NCBI GenBank assembly: GCA_002269645.1
Contig: NIVC01000467.1
Coordinates: 186,001-250,000 of the forward strand
Direction of reading: 5' to 3'
DNA: 64,000 nt
Source of the DNA: Macrostomum lignano
Lineage: Eukaryota
Shown here: piece by piece, positions 57,061 through 64,000 of the stretch
How the letters are laid out: every line of letters starts with the position of its first letter
How positions within the stretch are numbered: position 1 is the stretch's first letter
Position numbers and translations under genes: made by a program
The notes under the pieces: generated by a model
Told to the model about the DNA's origin: nothing
What the model saw: the letters and a program-made list of their open reading frames with translations, nothing else
Databases searched by the model: none

Positions 57061-57679
57061 CTGTCTGCCATCCTCCTATATACTAAAAATGTGATGTCCT
57101 ACAAATGTATCTGCGCATCTGTACCCGCACTCACCGTATTAATCAGTTCCCTATTTCGCATGTCTTGACGCCATTCTTGAACGTACAGTTTTGGAATCAC
57201 TGGATGCGCCTGCGAGTGCCATGGAATCCTGAGCAAGTTTGTGCAGATTTTTGTTATAATTGTTTTCTACACATTGAAAATTGTCACATTGTCAAAACTT
57301 ACCGAACATCGTTACCCTGAGTTAGGGCATTGCAGGGCCTACTGTTTGTAGCCATTATTCTTTTGATTAGAAAAAATATTGAATCTAGGAAAAATATAGA
57401 AATTCAACCTTTGCTATATTTGCCTTCTTTCGTCTGAAATATAACGGGCTCAATATATGCTTAGGGATTGAATTCACTCTGAAGTTTTCTTGCCGTCTCG
57501 TTGCTAGGCAGGGTGAGGGCAGTGAGTGAGGGAGAAGGCGACAGGGGTAGAGAGAACGGGACTTTGATGCACTTATCAGACAATGGCCTATTTACTGTAC
57601 ACTGCATATACTGCGTACATGAATTCTGCGTACTTTGTCGTCTATTCTGTTATGTTAGCTGAGGCTTCGCGACAGTCTT

Positions 57680-58085
57680 TATGGGGCTCAGGACTGTCTT
57701 ACTGAGTCTGATGCCTCAGGACTGTCTTAGTCTGATGCCTCAGGACTGTCTTACTGAGTCTGATGCCTCAGGACTGTCTTACTGAGTCTGGTGCCTCAGG
57801 ACTGTCTTACTGAGTCTGGTGCCTCAGGACTGTCTTACTTAGTCTGATGCCTCAGGACTGTCTTACTGAGTCTGATGCCTCAGGACTGTCTTACTGAGTC
57901 TGATGCCTCAGGACTGTCTTACTGAGTCTGATGCCTCAGGACTGTCTTAGTCTGATGCCTCAGGACTGTCTTACTGAGTCTGATGCCTCAAGACTGTCTT
58001 ACTGAGTCTGATGCTTCACAGGACTGTCCTACTGAGTCTGATGCCTCAGGACTGTCTTACTGAATCTGATGCCTCAGGACTGTCT
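57680..58085. repeat. 28/30-bp minisatellite (GACTGTCTTACTGAGTCTGATGCCTCAG)n, array A
   Basis: Same unit as 61145-62095. Confidence 0.93.
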
Positions 58086-58454
58086 TTATACCCCTTATCA
58101 ATAAATCTGATTTTGAAGAAGGCATCGCACAAAAAGATCACACAGAAAACAGGATCAGTTTCTAGAGATTCAGCGATCGAAGCTTTCTATATTTATAAGT
58201 GTGTATAGAGTGCAAAGTTTAACAAAAAACAGCTGCAGAATGCTTCATAAACAGAGAAGAAATATGAGTAACATTGTTGTGCTTCTATTGCAGTGCATTG
58301 ATAAAATTGCGAGGTTACTTTTTGTTTCATATACATTACATAATCGGACAATATTTTTCGATTAGTTATTAAATAATACTAGTACGAGCGTATATAGCCA
58401 AAAAGGTTAATATTCGCAGAACTTATTCGATGGCTCTGTATCCTGTAATTGTTT

Positions 58455-61400
58455 CTATTTGCCTCGTCCATAAAACAGCCAATCTGTCGGGATCTGTTTG
58501 TGCATCTGCGGGACGCATCTGGGACTTCCTGGCGGACTCCAGTGGCCGTTTAGACAGATGGCGTGCGTATGACCTCGAAGCACGTGACCCTTCTCGGTGC
58601 ACTCGAATTTCACCAGCTCCTCGCTGTCTGACAATGTCTCCGGTCGGGTCCAGGGGTTTTTCTGGCCTTCCGGTCCAAGTAGCCACTTGGCAACGTTGGG
58701 TTCGGAGTTTATCCAGGGACAGCGTTCTGGCAGTGTGGGGTCGGCGTCTTATAAGATTTACATGTAAGATTCTATTACTGGTTAACTCTCTGACGTCCTT
58801 TTTGGGTATCCCCCTGACATCCAATCTGGTTAACTCTCTGACGTCCTTTTTGGGTATCCCCCTGACATCCATTCTGGTTAACTCTCCGACGTCCTTTTTG
58901 GGTATCCCCCTGACATCCATTCTGGTTAACTCTCTGACGTCCTTTTTGGGTATCCCCCTGACATCCATTCTGGTTAACTCTCTGACGTCCTTTTTGGGTA
59001 TCCCCCTGACATCCATTCTGGTTAACTCTCCGACGTCCTTTTTGGGTATCCCCCTGACATCCATTCTGGTTAACTCTCCGACGTCCTTTTTGGGTATCCC
59101 CCTGACATCCATTCTGGTTAACTCTCTGACGTCCTTTTTGGGTATCCCCCTGACATCCATTCTGGTTAACTCTCTGACGTCCTTTTTGGGTATCCCCCTG
59201 ACATCCATTCTGGTTAACTCTCCGACGTCCTTTTTGGGTATCCCCCTGACATCCATTCTGGTTAACTCTCCGACGTCCTTTTTGGGTATCCCCCTGACAT
59301 CCATTCTGGATAACTCTCTGACGTCCTTTCTGGTTAACTCTCTGATGTCCTTTCTGGATAACTCTCTGACATCCTTGCTGGATAACTCTCTGACATCCTT
59401 GCTGGATAACTCTCTGACGTCCTTTCTGGATAACTCTCTGACGTCCTTTCTGGAAAACTCTCTGACGTCCTTTCTGGATAACTCTCTGACATCCTTGCTA
59501 AATAACTCTCTGACGTCCTTTCTGGATAACTCTCTGACATCCTTGCTGGATAACTCTCTGACGTCCTTTCTGGGTAACTCTCTGACGTCCTTTCTGGGTA
59601 ACTCTCTGACGTCCTTTCTGGATAACTCTCTGACGTCCTTTCTATGTAACTCTCTGACGTCCTTTCTGGGTAACCCCCTGACATCCCTTCTGGGTAACTC
59701 TCTGACGGCCTTTCTGGGTAACTCTCTGACATCCTTTCAGATACTCCATAAAGTCATTTGTTGGTGACTCCCCGACATCCCCATCCTGTCAAGTGCAGAT
59801 CCGCAGTATTTGAGACCAGCAATAGATCCAGCTAGTCTTACTTACTTTTCGTGCAAACCGGCCTCGACCCAGCCCACTTCCCGTAGCGACAAACAACGGA
59901 ACTGCTTCCGCTCGACATCTCGTAGCCAACGTAGCAGCTGTACATCGCACGGTCATTGTGCCGGGTGCTGTAAAATCTCGCTATGCCGTTCTTCACTATC
60001 GGCGGCCTATCGTTGCAGTCCTCTGAATTTTTGTTGTTTTTTAGAGATTTTATACTTGTTATTTTTTGTTTATAAATGGTATTGTATAAGTAGTACAGTT
60101 AAGATGTTTAGGATCTGTATTTGAGTTTTCTTAAATAGCCCTCCTCCTTAGATTATCAACAATAGGTATTCGAACATTATAGTAACCAACCCTATCTAAC
60201 GCCTATTCGAACTATAATCCACACCTGTTCAAACTATAGAATGAACAGCCCTATCTAACACCTGTTCCAACTATAGAATGAACAGCCCTATCTAACACCT
60301 GTTCAAACTATAGAATGAACAGCCCTATCTAACACCTGTTCAAACTATAGAATGAACAGCCCTATCTAACACCTGTTCAAACTATAGAATGAACAGCCCT
60401 ATCTAACACTTGTTCAAAATGGAACGAGCAGCCCTAACTTACACCTACTTAAACTAGAATGAACAACCCTATCCAACATTCAAATACAAGCTATTCGTAT
60501 TTTCTTAAACCATAGCAGCCAGTCAACAACATGCAGTTGATCCTCACTTGGAATGCACTCGGGCAGTCGAGTCCACGATCCATTATTGCACCTGGGATAG
60601 TACACAGTCTTCAGCTGGTACTCTTCCCTGCATTGCACATTCAGCGTGGTATCCGAGGGCACTTTACCACGAGCTATCGGCCCACCGGCTCTGCCGATGT
60701 ACACCCGAGCGTGCGGTATTGTCGGCGAATCGCAGTGCTTCCTGCAACGAGGCGGTGCCGGCAGCCATTGTCCGGAGTTCTGGCATACGATTCGGCCAGC
60801 ATTTTCGCCTTCAAACTTTGTCCCGTCCATACAGGTGTAAGCTACGGTGGAGCCGAAGGTCGTGCTACTGTAGATTGGCCGAAGAGCGTTAGGCACGAAC
60901 GGTGGCGGTCCGCAGTCCTGAATGCTGCACGTCGGATCTGAACCGTCCCAGGTGCCGTCCCGACGGCAGAGACGCTTATTGTGACCATTCAGTCGGTAGC
61001 CAGGATTGCAGAAATATTCGGCCACGCTGTTGACCGTGTTGCGTCCGGCTTTTGTGTAACCGTTGGCCGGGTTGTCAAGGTCTGGGCAGCGGACAGCTGG
61101 ATTTCAGTGGTTGATTGCTTCAGTTGTAGGTTTTAAAGGATTCTGATGCTCAGGGCTGCCTTACTGAGTCTGATATGCTTTAGGGCTGTCTTACTGAGTC
61201 TGATATGCCTCAGGGCTGTCTTACTGAGTCTGATATGCTTCAGGAATGTCTTACTGAGTCTGATATGCTTCAGGGCTGTCTTATTGAGTCTGATATGCTT
61301 CAGGACTGTCTTACTGAGTCTGATATGCCTCAGGGCTGTCTTACTGAGTCTGATATGCTTCAGGAATGTCTTACTGAGTCTGATGCCTCAGGACTGTCTT

Positions 61401-63429
61401 ACTGAGTCTGATGCCTCAGGACTGTCTTACTGAGTCTGATATGCTTCAGGAATGTCTTACTGAGTCTGATATGCTTCAGGGCTGTCTTATTGAGTCTGAT
61501 ATGCTTCAGGACTGTCTTACTGAGTCTGATATGCCTCAGGGCTGTCTTACTGAGTCTGATATGCTTCAGGAATGTCTTACTGAGTCTGATGCCTCAGGAC
61601 TGTCTTACTGAGTCTGATGCCTCAGGACTGTCTTACTGAGTCTGATGCTTCACAGGACTGTCTTACTGAGTCTGATGCCTCAGGACTGTCTTACTGAGTC
61701 TGATGCTTCACAGGACTGTCCTACTGAGTCTGATGCCTCAGGACTGTCTTACTGAGTCTGATGCCTCAGGACTGTCTTACTGAGTCTGATGCTTCACAGG
61801 ACTGTCTTACTGAGTCTGATGCTTCACAGGACTGTCTTACTGAGTCTGATGCTTCACAGGACTGTCTTACTGAGTCTGATGCTTTACAGGACTGTCTTAC
61901 TGAGTCTGATGCTTCACAGGGCTGTCTTACTGAGTCTGATATGCCTCAGGGCTGTCTTACTGAGTCTGATATGCTTCAGGATTGTCTTACTGAGTCTGAT
62001 ATGCTTCAGGAATGTCTTACTGAGTCTGATATGCTTCAGGGCTGTCTTACTGAGTCTGATATGCTTCAGGGCTGTCTTACTGAGTTTAATGCTTCGGGGG
62101 TTTCTTTTGTGTTTAAATGATTTATACTCCATCTAATGACGAGCGAGTACCCTAAAAACGTCTTCATCAATCAAGCTTACTGTTGCAGCTGGGCAAATTG
62201 CCAGACCAGTGTCCACTCGCTTCGCAAGCTCTCACTTGACCTGAAATTTGTGTCAAGGCAAACTTTTGCTACTACTTGTTACAGTAGTATAAATCGACAA
62301 CGCTATTTAGATTATATTCTAACTCAACTGACATTATTTTGAAGTTTTTTAATGGTTGTACACGTTTAAAATCCTGGAGAAATGGAAGTTTAAATGTAAA
62401 TACAAGTGAAATAAAGTTAAAACTACTAGATAATAAACTTCAAACCCTAGATAATGAAGTTCAGCCTCTAGATAATGAACTTCAAACCCTAGATAATAAA
62501 CTTCAAACCCTAGATATTAAACTTCAAACCCTAGATAATAAACTTCAAACCCTAGATAATAAACTTCAAACCCTAGATATTAAACTTCAAACCCTAGATA
62601 ATAAACTTCAAACCCTAGATAATCAAGTTCAGCCTCTAGATAATGAACTTCAAACCCTAGATAATAAACTTCAAACCCTAGATATTAAACTTCAAACCCT
62701 AGATAATGAACTTCAAACCCTAGATAATAAACTTCAAACCCTAGATAATAAACTTCAAACCCTAGATAATAAACTTCAAACCCTAGATAATGAAGTTCAG
62801 CCTCTAGATAATGAACTTCAAGCCCTAGATAATAAACTTCAAACCCTAGATATTAAACTTCAAACCCTAGATAATAAACTTCAAACCCTAGATAATCAAG
62901 TTCAGCCTCTAGATAATGAACTTCAAACCCTAGATAATAAACTTCAAACCCTAGATATTAAACTTCAAACCCTAGATAATGAACTTCAAACCCTAGATAA
63001 TAAACTTCAAACCCTAGATAATAAACTTCAAACCCTAGATAATAAACTTCAAACCTTAGATAATAAACTTCAAACCCTAGATAATAAACTTCAAACCCTA
63101 GATAATAAACTTCAAACCCTAGATAATAAACTTCAAACCCTAGATAATAAACTTCAAACCTTAGATAATGAAGTTCAGCCTCTAGACAATGAACTTCAAA
63201 CCCTAGATAATAAACTTCAAACCTTAGATAATGAAGTTCCAACTAGTTTGCATCATTAGAATTGAAAGTCTCATGAATAAAAAATCTGTTTATTCACATC
63301 CTGGCGAGTGTTCCGGGCATTCGATTCTGTAGCCTTCGTTGCAAAAGTACGAAACCTTTTGACCGAACGTGTAGTTTCGGTTTAAATGTCGGCCATTTAT
63401 TGGGGTGCCCGGATCGCCGCAGTTTATTA
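58455..63429 (-). CDS. Sushi/CCP-domain protein, LEV-9/Hasp-like; 3' exons 63298-63429, 62181-62240, 60548-61096, 59846-60022, 58455-58747; 5' part probably beyond the window
   Basis: All junctions are phase 1 and GT-AG, giving six consecutive CCP modules. The last three resemble the LEV-9/Hasp C-terminal modules as recalled (C.NG.W...P.C.P; STRH..RA.Y.C..GY...CRYGKW.G..PVC; V.F.C..GHVL...ICLNGHWSP...PRCVP..H). Confidence 0.8.
58779..59745. repeat. 24-bp minisatellite with a 48-bp dimeric higher-order domain
   Basis: 48-mers at about 58779-59305; 24-mers (GATAACTCTCTGACGTCCTTTCTG) at about 59305-59745. Confidence 0.93.
60185..60480. repeat. 37-bp minisatellite
   Basis: AACAGCCCTATCTAACACCTGTTCAAACTATAGAATG units. 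Confidence 0.9.
61145..62095. repeat. 28/30-bp minisatellite, array B
   Basis: Same family as 57680-58085. Confidence 0.93.
62428..63240. repeat. 21-bp minisatellite (AAACTTCAAACCCTAGATAAT)n
   Basis: Directly visible; produces the LQTLDNK heptad ORF. Confidence 0.95.
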
Positions 63430-63449
63430 CTGAAATGAGGAGAGATTTG

Positions 63450-64000
63450 CAGCAGATTCTATGAACTGGGGCAGATTCTATGCACTGGGGCAGATTCTAT
63501 AAATTGTGCAGATTCTATGCACTGGGGCAGATTCTATAAATTGTGCAGATTCTATGCACTGGGGCAGATTCTATGCACTGGGGCAGATTCTGTGCACTGG
63601 GGCAGATTCTATAAATTGTGCAGATTCTATGCACTGGGCAGATTCTATGCACTGGGGCAGATTCTATGAACTGGGGCAGATTCTATGCATTGGGAAGCAG
63701 ATTCTGTGCACTTGAGCGGATTCTGTGAATTAGAGCAGATTCTGTGAACTGGGGCAGATTCTATGAATTGGGAGATTCTTTGAAATGGGGCAGATTCTTT
63801 GAAATGGGGCAGATTCTTTGAAATGGGGCAGATTCTTTGAAATGGGGCAGATTCTATGCACTGGGGCAGATTCTTTGCACTGGGGCAGATTCTATGCACT
63901 GGGGCAGATTCTATGCACTGGGGCAGATTCTATAAACTGGGCAGATTCTACGAACTGGGGCAGATTCTATGCACTGGGGCAGATTCTATGCACTGGGGCA
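63450..64000. repeat. 19-bp minisatellite (GCAGATTCTATGCACTGGG)n
   Basis: Directly visible; runs off the end of the window. Confidence 0.93.

Noticed and set aside
58423-59767. Long repeat ORFs of 293 aa and 445 aa, plus the ORFs at 51097-51360, 56256-57086 and 61146-62136
   Set aside because: Products of tandem arrays; the real exon at 58455-58747 is in a different frame.

Overview
Animal genomic DNA: spliced genes with GT-AG introns, AT-rich intergenic DNA and very many repeats. The style resembles a free-living flatworm such as Macrostomum, but that is inference and the species cannot be fixed from this sequence. Seven host genes can be assembled exon by exon with consistent splice phases: CEP295/Ana1-like (-, 220-7169), TMEM38/TRIC channel (+, 13905-26335), an SLC22-type transporter with an in-frame TGA (-, 27215-29073), phosphoglucomutase (+, 30740-36038), an unrecognised two-exon gene of about 754 aa (+, 38895-41830), ISY1 (+, 49356-52144) and the 3' part of a LEV-9/Hasp-like sushi (CCP) protein (-, 58455 to at least 63429; its upstream exons are probably beyond the window). 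The rest is dense in mobile elements, many with visible TIRs and TSDs: a 4.9-kb composite hAT element carrying a second copy of its right end inside its left end, related nested MITEs, a second hAT MITE family with a variable polypurine core, a Sola-like element, a Merlin-like deletion derivative, a PHD-FLYWCH Mutator-like element, two RTE-like LINE copies (one inside a MITE, one inside a minisatellite) and two tRNA-derived SINE families (one CORE-like). Most introns of CEP295, PGM, ISY1 and the LEV-9-like gene are filled by their own minisatellite. No CRISPR array, rRNA or intact tRNA gene was found. All homology calls come from remembered motifs; no database search was run.
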